A DNA stretch of 63,933 bases, filler included, from Octopus bimaculoides (taxonomy: Eukaryota): the NCBI RefSeq assembly GCF_001194135.2. It is 6 parts of 5 records of this genome, joined end to end, with 100 filler letters (N's around TTAATTAATTAA, not from the genome) between each part and the next. Parts side by side here need not be neighbours in the genome. Positions count along the whole stretch, not along the records: positions 37,911 to 42,134 come from NC_068986.1; positions 42,235 to 54,904 come from NC_068993.1; 4 more parts are not named here. One strand, written 5' to 3'. This document shows, in pieces, positions 38,724 to 51,585 of this stretch (positions are counted from its first letter, which is position 1; each line of letters starts with the position of its first letter). The position numbers were made by a program, and so were the translations under genes. Below the pieces are notes generated by a model. That model was given only the letters and a program-made list of their open reading frames with translations, was not told the DNA's origin and did not search any database.

Positions 38724-39741
38724 GGCGTAGGAGCGGCTGTGTGGTAAGTAGCTTGTTTACCAACCGCATGGTTCCGGGTTCAGTCCCACTGCGTGGCATC
38801 TTGGGCAAGTGTTTTCTACTATAGCCTCGGGCTGACCAAAGCCTTGTGAGTGGATTAGGTTGACGGAAACTGAAAGAAGCCCGTCGTATATATGTATATA
38901 TACATGTGTGTGTATATGTTTGTGTGTCTGTGTTTGTCCCCCCAACATCGCTTGACAATCGATGCTGGTGTGTTTACGTCCCCGTAACTTAGCGGTTCGG
39001 CAAAAGTGACCGTTAGAATAAGTATTAGGCTTCCAAAGAATAAGTCCTGAGGTCGATTTGCTTGACTAAAGGCNNNNNNNNNNNNNNNNNNNNNNNNNNN
39101 NNNNNNNNNNNNNNNNNNNNNNNNNNNNNNNNNNNNNNNNNNNNNNNNNNNNNNNNNNNNNNNNNNNNNNNNNNNNNNNNNNNNNNNNNNNNNNNNNNNN
39201 NNNNNNNNNNNNNNNNNNNNNNNNNNNNNNNNNNNNNNNNNNNNNNNNNNNNNNNNNNNNNNNNNNNNNNNNNNNNNNNNNNNNNNNNNNNNNNNNNNNN
39301 NNNNNNNNNNNNNNNNNNNNNNNNNNNNNNNNNNNNNNNNNNNNNNCGGCTGTGTGGTAAGTAGCTTGTTTACCAACCGCATGGTTCCGGGTTCAGTCCC
39401 ACTGCGTGGCATCTTGGGCAAGTGTTTTCTACTATAGCCTCGGGCTGACCAAAGCCTTGTGAGTGGATTAGGTTGACGGAAACTGAAAGAAGCCCGTCGT
39501 ATATATGTATATATACATGTGTGTGTATATGTTTGTGTGTCTGTGTTTGTCCCCCCAACATCGCTTGACAATCGATGCTGGTGTGTTTACGTCCCCGTAA
39601 CTTAGCGGTTCGGCAAAAGTGACCGTTAGAATAAGTATTAGGCTTCCAAAGAATAAGTCCTGAGGTCGATTTGCTTGACTAAAGGCGCTGCTCCAGCATG
39701 GCCACGGTCAAATGACTGAAACAAGTAAAAGAGTAAAAGAG
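38724..39741 (+). mobile_element. SINE family 2 (one copy probably assembled twice across a gap)
   Basis: 38735-39073 appears identical to 39348-39686 on either side of an N run; tail gtaaaagagtaaaagag ends at 39741. Confidence 0.85.
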
Positions 39742-39989
39742 TAATTCACTGTGCACAACTTTTATTGTTGTTTTTTTACATTTTGTCCATCACTTTTGGA
39801 CCTTTTTCCATCTGTCCGTCTCGTTCCCACAGTTCTATTTGTGCTATTTCACCTGCATATTAGCAGACCCGGATTAAACTAGTGCAGCTTCTGAAACATA
39901 TGTTATTACAGAACACATAAAATAAATATAAACAACATGGTTATTTCATCCAATTTTAATTATTTTAACAGACAGATAGACAGACAGAC

Positions 39990-40060
<71 letters not shown>

Positions 40061-40179
40061 CAGATATTATTCTTAAACAAGAATATTGTTGACAGTGACT
40101 TTGAAGTCCGATGATGGCTTAAGTGGTCAAAACTTAGAAGCCTCTCAATAATATTCTTGTTTGAGAATAATAAATTTGT

Positions 40180-40361
40180 ACAGTTCTATATTTAAGACAT
40201 AAGGAATTATGTTCATTATTTACATTATTTACATTTGACAGATATTTGTCCTCATCTTGTTTGTTGTTAACACAACGTTTCGTCTGATATACCCTCCAGC
40301 CTTCATCAGTTGTCTGGGGGAAATTTTAAACCTGGGTTCTCATTCCTAAGGTATTTTTCGA
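40180..40361 (-). mobile_element. Short Penelope-type terminal-repeat element carrying a hammerhead motif
   Basis: Collinear with 57497-57626; 5' end abuts an (AAT)n(AAC)n tract. Confidence 0.75.
40269..40314 (-). ncRNA. Minimal type I hammerhead ribozyme motif (degenerate)
   Basis: gacaa CTGATGA a ggctg gagggtatat cagac GAAACGTT gtgtt; palindromic ACGT in place of helix III. Confidence 0.6.
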
Positions 40362-40399
40362 TGTTGTTGTTGTTGTTGTTGTTGTTGCTGTTGTTGTTG

Positions 40400-40468
<69 letters not shown>

Positions 40469-40789
40469 NNNNNNNNNNNNNNNNNNNNNNNNNNNNNNNN
40501 NNNNNNNNNNNNNNNNNNNNNNNNNNNNNNNNNNNNNNNNNNNNNNNNNNNNNNNNNNNNNNNNNNNNNNNNNNNNNNNNNNNNNNNNNNNNNNNNNNNN
40601 NNNNNNNNNNNNNNNNNNNNNNNNNNNNNNNNNNNNNNNNNNNNNNNNNNNNNNNNNNNNNNNNNNNNNNNNNNNNNNNNNNNNNNNNNNNNNNNNNNNN
40701 NNNNNNNNNNNNNNNNNNNNNNNNNNNNNNNNNNNNNNNNNNNNNNNNNNNNNNNNNNNNNNNNNNNNNNNNNNNNNNNNNNNNNNNNT

Positions 40790-40880
40790 AGAAGACACTT
40801 GCCCAAGGTGCCACACAGTGGGATTGAACCCAGAACTATGTGGCTGGTAAGCAAGCTACTTACCACGCAGCCACTCCTAC
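40790..40880 (-). mobile_element. SINE family 2 head fragment
   Basis: gaagacacttgcccaaggtgcc...agctacttaccac matches the other copies; cut by a gap. Confidence 0.85.
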
Positions 40881-40989
40881 TAAAAATTATTTGATATATA
40901 TCACAACACCATTTTTTATGTCCCCCCCCCCACTAACTTTAGAACCTGGCTACCCTTCTGGTGATAGGATCACCATCATGACATGTGAT

Positions 40990-41105
40990 GGTATTTTATT
41001 TATCGACCCAAAAAGGGTGAAAAGCAAAGAGGATCTTGACAGTATTTGAACTCAGAGAGCAGAGGGCCGGAACAATTAACGCAATGCAATCGATCCGACA
41101 TTCTA
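40990..41105 (-). mobile_element. Diverged SINE family 1 fragment
   Basis: tttatcgacccaaaaagggtgaaaagcaaag...tttgaactcaga is the reverse complement of the family 1 body. Confidence 0.65.
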
Positions 41106-41429
41106 AAAAGCTTAATTGGAAACATCTTAATTAAATTCCACCAATATACAACATTTGCTACTTCGGCAACTTAGAATATTTACACACCATTATTGTTATA
41201 ACGTTCTCTTTAGACAAATGTGATGCCTGGAAATATTCCAAATATATTTTTATGTCGGTTAACTGTCTTTGCTATGTATTCTTTTTTTCTTTTGCTTTTT
41301 TTTTGTTTGGATATTTTATATGATTTAGAAATGAAGAAATGATGCTGAGCATTTGTATGTAACCTCTACTATTTTTGTCTTCTGTGTGTGTGTTTGTAGC
41401 TGTTGCAGTTGTCCTCATCGTTGTTGCTT

Positions 41430-41800
41430 AGACTGAAGTCAACTCTGATCCAACACTTCTTCATCTGTATTGCATACATATCTTTGGCCAAACTGCAAGG
41501 TGCAACCACAGATCTATCTTCACATTGAAGCTATGTCGCAGTTGAGAACCATACCTGATATTCCGACACCCAGTGGGGACTAGTAAAGGACGCACTATAA
41601 CAATGTGGACACATTGCACTTCAGTCTTCATGGTCGAGTCTATTTCTGTCACCCGCAGATTCTGGTGAGGGCTGCTCCGGAGGTGAACAAAAGTACTCAG
41701 TCAAAGCCTGGCAAATACTGTCCGTATGTCCTCATTGCTTACGGTGGACATCCCAACACAAGGTCCAAAACTAGCAAAGGTTTTGATGCTGCAGCTATTT
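41430..41800 (-). mobile_element. Decayed RTE-like LINE fragment
   Basis: Minus strand SGAALTRI then, with a frameshift, STMKTEVQ..VIVRPLL resembles the RTE thumb motif AF.RL...I...TK..VY..V...LLYG. Weak. Confidence 0.35.
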
Positions 41801-42002
41801 GTGTATGTAAATAGTTCTTATATTTGTTTTGGTAGAGTAGAAGAGACAGAATCTTTCAAGATGTTATTCTTCGTTACATTTTATGTTCTGTGCTCTTCTG
41901 TACAAAGCTAGAGCGAACGTTCATTTTGTCCAATAGTTGCCAAGCAAGCATGGGCTCTGAACAAATCTGAAGAGAACATAATCAATGCATTTGGGATGTC
42001 CA

Positions 42003-42088
42003 GGGCAGTGAGCTGCCAGAAACGTCAGCACGCCGGGCGAAATGCTTAGCAGTATTTCGTCTGCCACTGCGTTCTGAGTTCAAATTCC

Positions 42089-42089
<1 letters not shown>
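42003..42089 (+). mobile_element. SINE family 1 head, truncated at a (CT)n tract and gap
   Basis: gagctgccagaaacgtcagcacgccgggcgaaatgcttagc...gagttcaaattcc. Confidence 0.85.
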
Positions 42090-42134
<45 letters not shown>

Positions 42135-42234
42135 NNNNNNNNNNNNNNNNNNNNNNNNNNNNNNNNNNNNNNNNNNNNTTAATTAATTAANNNNNNNNNN
42201 NNNNNNNNNNNNNNNNNNNNNNNNNNNNNNNNNN

Positions 42235-42288
<54 letters not shown>

Positions 42289-42536
42289 TCATACACGCAA
42301 GAACTCACACACACATGCATGCATATTCAGAGAGAGTGACAGAGAATATGAGACTGACGTATAGAACCGAAGATGTGTAAGTTTTGTTCCTGATTGTACT
42401 TCGTATTTCATTACTGACAATGCACAAGAACTCAACAGGTAGCCGGTGCTATGAACATACGTCTATGCCAATTAAACAAATGAAATTAATGCCTCCACCC
42501 TACCAGCTGAAAAAATGTCAGAAAAATACACACTCG

Positions 42537-42697
42537 CACGCACACACACACGGGCGCACACACACACGGGCGCACACACACACGGGCGCACACACACACG
42601 GGCGCACACACACACGGGCNNNNNNNNNNNNNNNNNACGCACACACACACGGGCGCACACACACACGGGCGCACACACACACGGGCGCACACACACA
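42537..42697. repeat. 16-bp minisatellite (GGGCGCACACACACAC)n
   Basis: Repeated cacacacacgggcgca units on both sides of a small gap. Confidence 0.9.
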
Positions 42698-43139
42698 TAT
42701 TTGGTGAGCGTCATCACTTCCGTCTTTGAAAATGATGTTAAGTTCCTTCTACGCCACTTTGAAGGTTATCTATGTGTGTGTGTTTGTGTCATACTTTGAA
42801 GGTTACGCGCCATGTCTTCTTCGGTCTCCCTTTATTTAACTTTAGTTTACAAAATAAGTAAGGAAATAGCGGAAGAAGAAACGATCAGAAAAGAACGAAG
42901 GAAGCGGAATGAATATGTTTCTGGAAAAAGTGAAAAGAGAGATGATACAAAATATATGGATTAGAATGCAAGTGTATATAAGTAAGCAAGTGTATATAAA
43001 AGGAAATTTTAAAATGCAGTTGCTTAAAAGAGAATAAACTGTTAGGGAACTATCAGGTCAAAAGGGATGTCGAAAAATGCTTATTTACTTCATCCAAAAT
43101 CCAGGAGATTGGAGTAATATACAAAATAAGTCAACAAAC

Positions 43140-43568
43140 TGGCAGAATAATAAACACGTCGGTCAAAATGCTTCGCGGTATTTCGTCAATGTTTTCGTTC
43201 TGAGTTTACATTCCGTCGAGGCCAACTTTCCCTTTCATCCTTTCTGGGTCGATAAATTAAATACCAGTTGAGCACTGGGGTCTATATTATTGACTAGCTC
43301 CTCTCCCGATCTTGCTGGCCTTGTGCCAAAATTTGAAATCAATATACTTACAAAATAAGGTGGCGAGTTAGCCGAGCCGTTAGCCCGTCGGCTAAAATAC
43401 TTTGCATCATTTCAGCCATCTTTATGTCTAAGCTCACATTTCGCCGAGGGGTCGATAAAATAAATACCAGTTGAGCACTGGGGTCGATGTAATCGTCTTA
43501 CACCCTACCCCTACCCCCCAGCATTCTTCGCAATGTGCCAAAATTTGAAATCAATATATTTACAAAAT
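43140..43568 (+). mobile_element. Two adjacent SINE family 1 copies (tail type B)
   Basis: Copies at ~43140-43345 and ~43358-43550. aaatcaatata(c/t)ttacaaaata is duplicated around the second copy. Confidence 0.8.
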
Positions 43569-43977
43569 AAATATTCAGGGCATATCAAAAGAAATCTAGC
43601 AATTTCGATTTTTCTATTAACACATGTAGGTCACGAAATAATGAGAAAATCGACTGAAAGGGTCTGTGGTTTTAAAGAGTGGGTAATGATATTTAATTTT
43701 GATTTAAACAAGATCAGTTTCCATTTTTCAAAAATGAAATGCATTTGGAAGAAAAAACAAAAGTGCTAAAATGCGAGTATCAGATATGTTTCTAAGAATA
43801 AGCACTTTGAAGCTGCAGAACAGTTAATCAGTATTTACCTAATTCTAATGCACATACGTGCACATATATAATTATGTATGTGGATTTTGGCTTGACTACG
43901 TATATCTCTATGTATCAGGGTAAGTTTGTGTGCGTGTGTGTGTGCATGTGTGTGTGTGTGTGTGTGTGTATGTGTGC

Positions 43978-44009
<32 letters not shown>

Positions 44010-44523
44010 GTGTTTGTGTGTGCATTAGATCAAGTGTCGCTTGCATTGTAGTTGACGAAAGAAATCTGTAAAAGAGTCTTAGAACTAGTCTAGTAACCGT
44101 TCTTAAGCATATGAACTCACCTCAGGATAAGACATATGGACACACATATAATACACATTTAGAAACCTATATATACATACATATAGATACATATGTGTAT
44201 ATATACATACACACAAACAAATACAAAAACACACACACACACATATATATAAATATATTCGCATATACATATGCGTGTGTGTTTGTGTGTGAGCATGTAC
44301 ATATAAGCATATGCACGCATTTTTGCATATATACAAAAGCACGTATACAAAACGACATACGCATACATATTACATCAGCTGAGAAAATATCAACTTGAAT
44401 GACAGCAAATACATGATTTATCACTGCACAAACGAACCTTAATACTACAGCGATTCGTACACAGATGCATACACACACGGAAGAATTCATATAGAACATA
44501 TATACATACGTACGTACGTATGA

Positions 44524-44556
<33 letters not shown>

Positions 44557-44645
44557 TGTATGTACGTATGTATGTATGTTTGTATGTTTGTATGTATGTA
44601 TGTATGTATGTATGTATGTTTGTATGCACGTATGCATGTTTGTAT

Positions 44646-44705
<60 letters not shown>

Positions 44706-44803
44706 ATATATTTATATACATATATACACACATATATATATACACATATAAAATTATACATATATATATATATATAAGCATACATACATACATACATACA
44801 CAC

Positions 44804-44887
<84 letters not shown>

Positions 44888-45375
44888 GTATGTATACATG
44901 TAAATATATGTATATGACTACAGAATCCCGTGAAACCCCCACATGCGCACACACCCAAACGCACAAGCACATTCAAACACCTATATACGCGTACGTATGT
45001 ATATATCATAAATTTACGATTTATCATTATACGTTTAATGTTAGAAAATTACAATTTATCATTTCATCCATTATAAAATTATGATTTATTGTTTACATAT
45101 GTCAGAAAATTATGATTTATCGTTTCACACATCATATATTTATCAGCCGGACGTCTTCTAAGACACAAAGTCTTTGCTATTAGCTTATTGTTGCTTCTGA
45201 TTGTTGTTGTTGTTGCTGCTGCTGCTGCTGGGGCAGTTATTGTTGTTGTTGATCTTGTTCTTGTAGACACTTATCTTTTCTTAGAAAGCTGAATGAACGT
45301 TATTTCGAGGTTTGTATATTATGTGTGTGTGTGTGTGTACATACATACACTTATACAAACACAGACATATGCACG

Positions 45376-45417
<42 letters not shown>

Positions 45418-45510
45418 AGTATGAATATATATATATAGACATACATATATATATATACATATATATGTATGTATATTTATATATATATATATATAGGTAT
45501 ATATGTATAT

Positions 45511-45557
<47 letters not shown>

Positions 45558-45866
45558 NNNNNNNNNNNNNNNNNNNNNNNNNNNNNNNNNNNNNNNNNNN
45601 NNNNNNNNNNNNNNNNNNNNNNNNNNNNNNNNNNNNNNNNNNNNNNNNNNNNNNNNNNNNNNNNNNNNNNNNNNNNNNNNNNNNNNNNNNNNNNNNNNNN
45701 NNNNNNNNNNNNNNNNNNNNNNNNNNNNNNNNNNNNNNNNNNNNNNNNNNNNNNNNNNNNNNNNNNNNNNNNNNNNNNNNNNNNNNNNNNNNNNNNNNNN
45801 NNNNNNNNNNNNNNNNNNNNNNNNNNNNNNNNNNNNNNNNNNNNNNNNNNNNNNNNNNNNNNNNNN

Positions 45867-45929
<63 letters not shown>

Positions 45930-46191
45930 AGATTGAAGGAGTAGAACAGGTAAAATCCGGGCTACATATGTCTCTAATCTAGCAGATAACGTTTATGTAC
46001 TTGCTTAAGTATCAGCTTTCGGCAGCTATCCAGTGGTTCATTATGTAGTTTACCAGTCTTATACGCGTGGAAAAGAATTCTGGGATCCTGATCAGAGAAC
46101 CGATTTTCATCACATGAGATTTAACAGCTCTGTTTTCGGGGTCTAAATTTTTATATTCCCAATAAGATTATTTAAATCCTGTCCTATTTAT

Positions 46192-46360
46192 CAGGCGAGC
46201 TGGCAGAATCGTTAGCACGCCAGGCGAAATGTTTCGCGTCATTTAAGTCCAACTTTATGTTCTGAGTTCAAATTCCGCCGTGGTCGACTTTGACTTTCAT
46301 CCTTTCGGGATCGATAAATCATATACCAGTGAAATACTGGGTCGATGTAATTGACTTGTT
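46192..46360 (+). mobile_element. SINE family 1, tail replaced by (TTA)n
   Basis: Family 1 head, B box and central block. Confidence 0.85.
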
Positions 46361-46424
46361 ATTATTATTATTATTATTATTGCAAGCACATTTAAATCGA
46401 GTATACTGTATTTTTCAATGTTAA

Positions 46425-46565
46425 CTAGTTCTTTGTCACTTATTCGTGCATCCCCAGGTATTGCAATATTTATAATCTTGGTTTCCTTTTTTCCTTTATC
46501 TACTACAACAATATCTGGTCTCCGAGCATCGGTTAGGGAGTTACATTGGCTTGTAAAATCCCACT
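46425..46565 (-). mobile_element. R4/Dong-like REL endonuclease fragment
   Basis: Minus strand WDFTSQCNSLTDARRPDIVVVDKGKKETKIINIAIPGDARISDKE, flanked by TAA-type tracts. Confidence 0.75.
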
Positions 46566-46584
46566 ATTATCTTTATTATTATTG

Positions 46585-47165
46585 AGTGAGAGAACAGTGC
46601 ATGTCATCTAAGTGATACTGAGGTACAAATATACGAAGCCCAGTATATCCATCATGATTACCTGTCTGATAAGGGTACACCAGGCACATGCATCACAACC
46701 ATATGTGCGCAACATGGTGATCTTATACGGAGATAAACAGTGCGACAGGGTGATCTCATATGAAGATGAACACCTTGCAGATGGGGTCCAGTTAGAATTT
46801 TCTTCAGGTCGAGTAGCCTATCCCACTCAAAAGGTTCCTGAATAAGGGTTTCTTAAGGATAATGAACAAAACACCCATGTTTTTAGTTGTGAGTTATCCA
46901 AATCCCAAAGAACTCCTCACAACACATGGCTGTGATGCTCCCCCACTACTTCTGCTCATGATCAGAGATGCACATATCGTCAGCCACTAAGGGACATGCT
47001 CAACAGGTTAAGGTCAAGCAACTGGCAAGCAAATATGAGATTATTGAGCAGAATATTTGCTGTTAGACCATCCTTTATACCAAGACAAAATATACATGAC
47101 AACACTTCCAGTCAGTTAAGATGAGAAGCCATGAGTGTAACAGCCTGGTACTGCATCAGGTCATT
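46585..47165 (-). mobile_element. Probable retroposon 3' UTR or non-autonomous element between TAA-type tracts
   Basis: Complex ~580-bp island bounded by (TAA)-type repeats at both ends; no ORF. Single copy here; recognition from memory only. Confidence 0.4.
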
Positions 47166-47169
47166 TATT

Positions 47170-47175
47170 ATTATT

Positions 47176-47264
<89 letters not shown>

Positions 47265-47347
47265 TGTTGTTCTTCTTCTTCTTCATCTTCTTCATCTTCA
47301 TTTTCTTCTCCTCCTTCTGCTTCTTCTTATTGTTGTTGTTGTTGTTG

Positions 47348-47395
<48 letters not shown>

Positions 47396-47410
47396 GTAGT
47401 AGTAGTAGTT
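47170..47410. repeat. Compound (TAG)n-(TCT)n-(TGT)n-(TAT)n microsatellite
   Basis: Direct reading. Confidence 0.95.
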
Positions 47411-48153
47411 ATATTTCTTTCATTGGCACTGCTTTAGCTGTTGGCCCGATACATACNNNNNNNNNNNNNNNNNNNNNNNNNNNNNNNNNNNNNNNNNNNN
47501 NNNNNNNNNNNNNNNNNNNNNNNNNNNNNNNNNNNNNNNNNNNNNNNNNNNNNNNNNNNNNNNNNNNNNNNNNNNNNNNNNNNNNNNNNNNNNNNNNNNN
47601 NNNNNNNNNNNNNNNNNNNNNNNNNNNNNNNNNNNNNNNNNNNNNNNNNNNNNNNNNNNNNNNNNNNNNNNNNNNNNNNNNNNNNNNNNNNNNNNNNNNN
47701 NNNNNNNNNNNNNNNACACACGCACGCACGCACGCACTCATATAATCTATGTATTTAGATTTTGGTGTGCCTATTTGTTTGTAATGTTAAGACATTAGAT
47801 CTTATATTTAATCCTTTGATGTTGTTGCAAACTCTTCAGTAATTGGACCCAAGGGACCTAATTCCTAATTACTTCGTGGGGTTAAACATTCTTGAGATTT
47901 CTAAACGGGGTTGAGTGCTCCTGTCAATTAGGTTTCGTGATCCTTGCCAACTAAATTGTGATCACTCGGGATCGCTATAAAATATAATGCAAAAAACACT
48001 TTCGTTTCTACCATCACCCCACTTTTTTTTTTTTTTAACAAAATGGCAGAAACAGCATCAGCAATAACTATAGCAATTACGGTAATCATTCTATGTAGAT
48101 TCCCACAATTTATATTGTCGTCCTTGCACGCCGCCCTTAATGGCAAATAGAAG

Positions 48154-48200
<47 letters not shown>

Positions 48201-48204
48201 GCCG

Positions 48205-48235
<31 letters not shown>

Positions 48236-48377
48236 TGTCGTTATCACCATCATCACCATCATCGTCATCATCATCTTCATCATCATCATCAACATCATCA
48301 TCATCATCGTCATTATCAACTTCATCATCATCATCGTCGTCGTCCTCGTCGTCATCATTATCACATCATCATCATCA

Positions 48378-48581
48378 ACTGGTAGAATCGTTCGCACGCC
48401 GGGCGAAATGGTTAGCGGCATTTCGTCTATCTTCAAGTTTTGAGTTCAAGTTCTGAGCTGAGGTCGACTTTGCCTTTCATCCTTTCGGGATCGATAAATT
48501 AAGAACCAGTAAATTAAAAACCAATCAATCGATTATTCCCCCTCCCCACAAATTCCAGGCCTTGTGCCTATAGCAGAATGG

Positions 48582-48600
<19 letters not shown>
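48378..48600 (+). mobile_element. SINE family 1 (tail type A) ending in (ATT)n
   Basis: Family 1 body; tail ccaggccttgtgcctatagcagaatggattattatt. Confidence 0.85.
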
Positions 48601-48619
<19 letters not shown>

Positions 48620-48920
48620 GGATTTTCCCGATCGTGACCTCATTATCTTTTATTCAGGCATAGTGTATCTTGGACTACATTTATTATCCAATACGTTCTG
48701 ACTCTGAGACGACAAAGGCTGGTGTAAGGGAGATTTTGCAACTACTTCAGGCACATCACGTGATTACCTTCGGAATGCCTCCCTCATGACCTTGGAGTCT
48801 TTTATTCTGGCATAATGTGTCTTGAAGTATACTTATCCAATGTGTTCTTACTTTGAGTCTTCAGGGTGGGTGAAATGTAATGGAGATTTAAGAGTTATTT
48901 CTAGCAGATCAGGTGATCAC
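48620..48920. repeat. Old unclassified interspersed repeat (gctatttctagcag family)
   Basis: Blocks ttattcaggca..gtgta.cttg and ctgctatttctagcag(a/g)tc recur at 13311-13350, 48965-49000, 49500-49545 (reverse) and 51105-51270. Confidence 0.65.
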
Positions 48921-51585
48921 CTCCTGACTGCACCCCTAGTTCGACCGTTGCTTTATTGATATGAATGTTGTCGGCTGCTATTTCTAGCAAGTCAAGCGAG
49001 AAACGAGCCGCATTACTAATAACTTTTAATAAACGTTTATTTTTCATCGTGCAATCAGGCGTGCCATTCATAACGCCCCACGGGCCGCAGCTTACTCATG
49101 ACTGGCAAAGATACTCTTCCCTTTGTAGCTGAGCCACAGAGGCGATCTTGCGAGTGCAAGGTATCAACCGTCCAAACCAAACAATAGGAGCATCATTGCA
49201 ACATTTAACTCAACTACCAGACCTTCACCTACCGTTTATTCACAACTGTTTCCGCCTCTTCTACTCACCACGTTTTGACCTTTTCAGTGCAATAACAATA
49301 ACTCCTCCTTCACTTCATCTTCCTCCCCTTCATCCGCCTCCTCAACCTCCACCTCCTGCGCCTTCTTCTCTTCTACCTCTCCTCCCTTTTTTGAATACCT
49401 TCTACATCACAGTTTCTTCAATCATCAGCGCCACCAGTATCATCATCACTATCATCATAACCATTTCTATCACCAATAGTAACAAGGCATGACGGAGGAC
49501 TCTAAGTTGTAGCTAGATCTTGTTAGAAATAGCAGCCGAATACCCTCAAATCCTTTTCAAGGCTTCTTTAAAAATTTATATTAAACAATGTAGTTCATAT
49601 TGTATCAAAAAGATGGGTTGGTCACGATTGGAATGTATCTGATCAAAGATCTGTTCGATCGGGGTCGATCTGGGCAAATTAACAGCAATGAAACCAATAA
49701 CAATAATTTTTCCACCAATACCATCCCATCACCAACGCAAACATCAATTTACTTTCATCCTCATCACCACCACCACCACCGCCACGGCCGCCATCGCCAC
49801 CACCACTACCACAACTTCCACCACTGCCTCCACCGTCGCCGCCTACACGTCTATCAGCTCAAATCCATCCCTGTAACCAAAATCTTTACCATTCCCACTG
49901 CATACACACCACTACTACCACTATAACCACCATCATCATCCTAGCCAATATTACCTCGTCCATAATCCTACTACCACTATCACCNNNNNNNNNNNNNNNN
50001 NNNNNNNNNNNNNNNNNNNNNNNNNNNNNNNNNNNNNNNNNNNNNNNNNNNNNNNNNNNNNNNNNNNNNNNNNNNNNNNNNNNNNNNNNNNNNNNNNNNN
50101 NNNNNNNNNNNNNNNNNNNNNNNNNNNNNNNNNNNNNNNNNNNNNNNNNNNNNNNNNNNNNNNNNNNNNNNNNNNNNNNNNNNNNNNNNNNNNNNNNNNN
50201 NNNNNNNNNNNNNNNNNNNNNNNNNNNNNNNNNNNNNNNNNNNNNNNNNNNNNNNNNNNNNNNNNNNNNNNNNNNNNNNNNNNNNNNNNNNNNNNNNNNN
50301 NNNNNNNNNNNNNNNNNNNNNNNNNNNNNNNNNNNNNNNNNNNNNNNNNNNNNNNNNNNNNNNNNNNNNNNNNNNNNNNNNNNNNNNNNNNNNNNNNNNN
50401 NNNNNNNNNNNNNNNNNNNNNNNNNNNNNNNNNNNNNNNNNNNNNNNNNNNNNNNNNNNNNNNTATATATATATATATATACCAACATACACGCATATTT
50501 AAATACAGATCTCGTATACATATATGTGAGTGTATGTGTGTGATTGTGCACGTGTGTGTGCGTACATGTGGGTGCGTGGGTGTGAGTGGGTGTGCGTGTG
50601 TATGCATGTGTGTGTGTGCATGTAGGTGTGCCCATGTGTGTGTGCGTGTGTATACATATGTATACATGTATGCATCTCATGTGATGTATCTATACGTGAA
50701 ACCGAGTCAGAGTGTCTGTGAAATCATGTGACATTTTGCCCATTAAATAATAAACCATCTTTAAATGTTTACGTATCCAACTACCAAGATAAAGTGGATA
50801 CAAAAAGATTAGTAAATTTATGATATCCACAACGGAAGTGCACTTCTATCTTCCGTTCAACATTTCCCGCCTCCGTACTCTAGACTCTGGTCTTGATCTC
50901 TAAATCTCTTTGTCCGCTATACAATCCACGCCTTCATCTAACTGTCCTGTAGAAATTCCGTTTGGTAATACGGCTTTACTCTACTTTGACTTTGCTTTTG
51001 TTGGTCTTATTGCAGTTGTTGCTTTCGTGACTATTATTGTTATTGTTGTTGTTGTTAATATTTAGCTTCAGGTTTTATCCTAATCGTTTAAGACCTACGA
51101 CCAAAAGGATTTCCCGTCCACGACCTCAAACGTCATTTATTCAGGCACTGTGTAACTTGAAGGACCAGATTTATTACCCAGTTTCTCAGCCTTTGAGATC
51201 GTAGGGTGGGCGATTTAAGAGAGATTTGACTGCTATTTCTAGCAGATCAAGTGACATCTACAGGCTGCTCCCCTTGTTTGTACGTTCTTTGTTCTACTAC
51301 GTTTTCATTCGGATACATACATACATACATACATATATACATATATAAATAAATAAATAAATATATANNNNNNNNNNNNNNNNNNNNNNNNNNNNNNNNN
51401 NNNNNNNNNNNNNNNNNNNNNNNNNNNNNNNNNNNNNNNNNNNNNNNNNNNNNNNNNNNNNNNNNNNNNNNNNNNNNNNNNNNNNNNNNNNNNNNNNNNN
51501 NNNNNNNNNNNNNNNNNNNNNNNNNNNNNNNNNNATATATATATATATATACGTATATCACGTGCCAGTTCATTGATGAGTGATT

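Noticed and set aside
38735-39686. Apparent tandem SINE duplication
   Set aside because: Identical sequence on both sides of an N gap; most likely an unmerged contig overlap.
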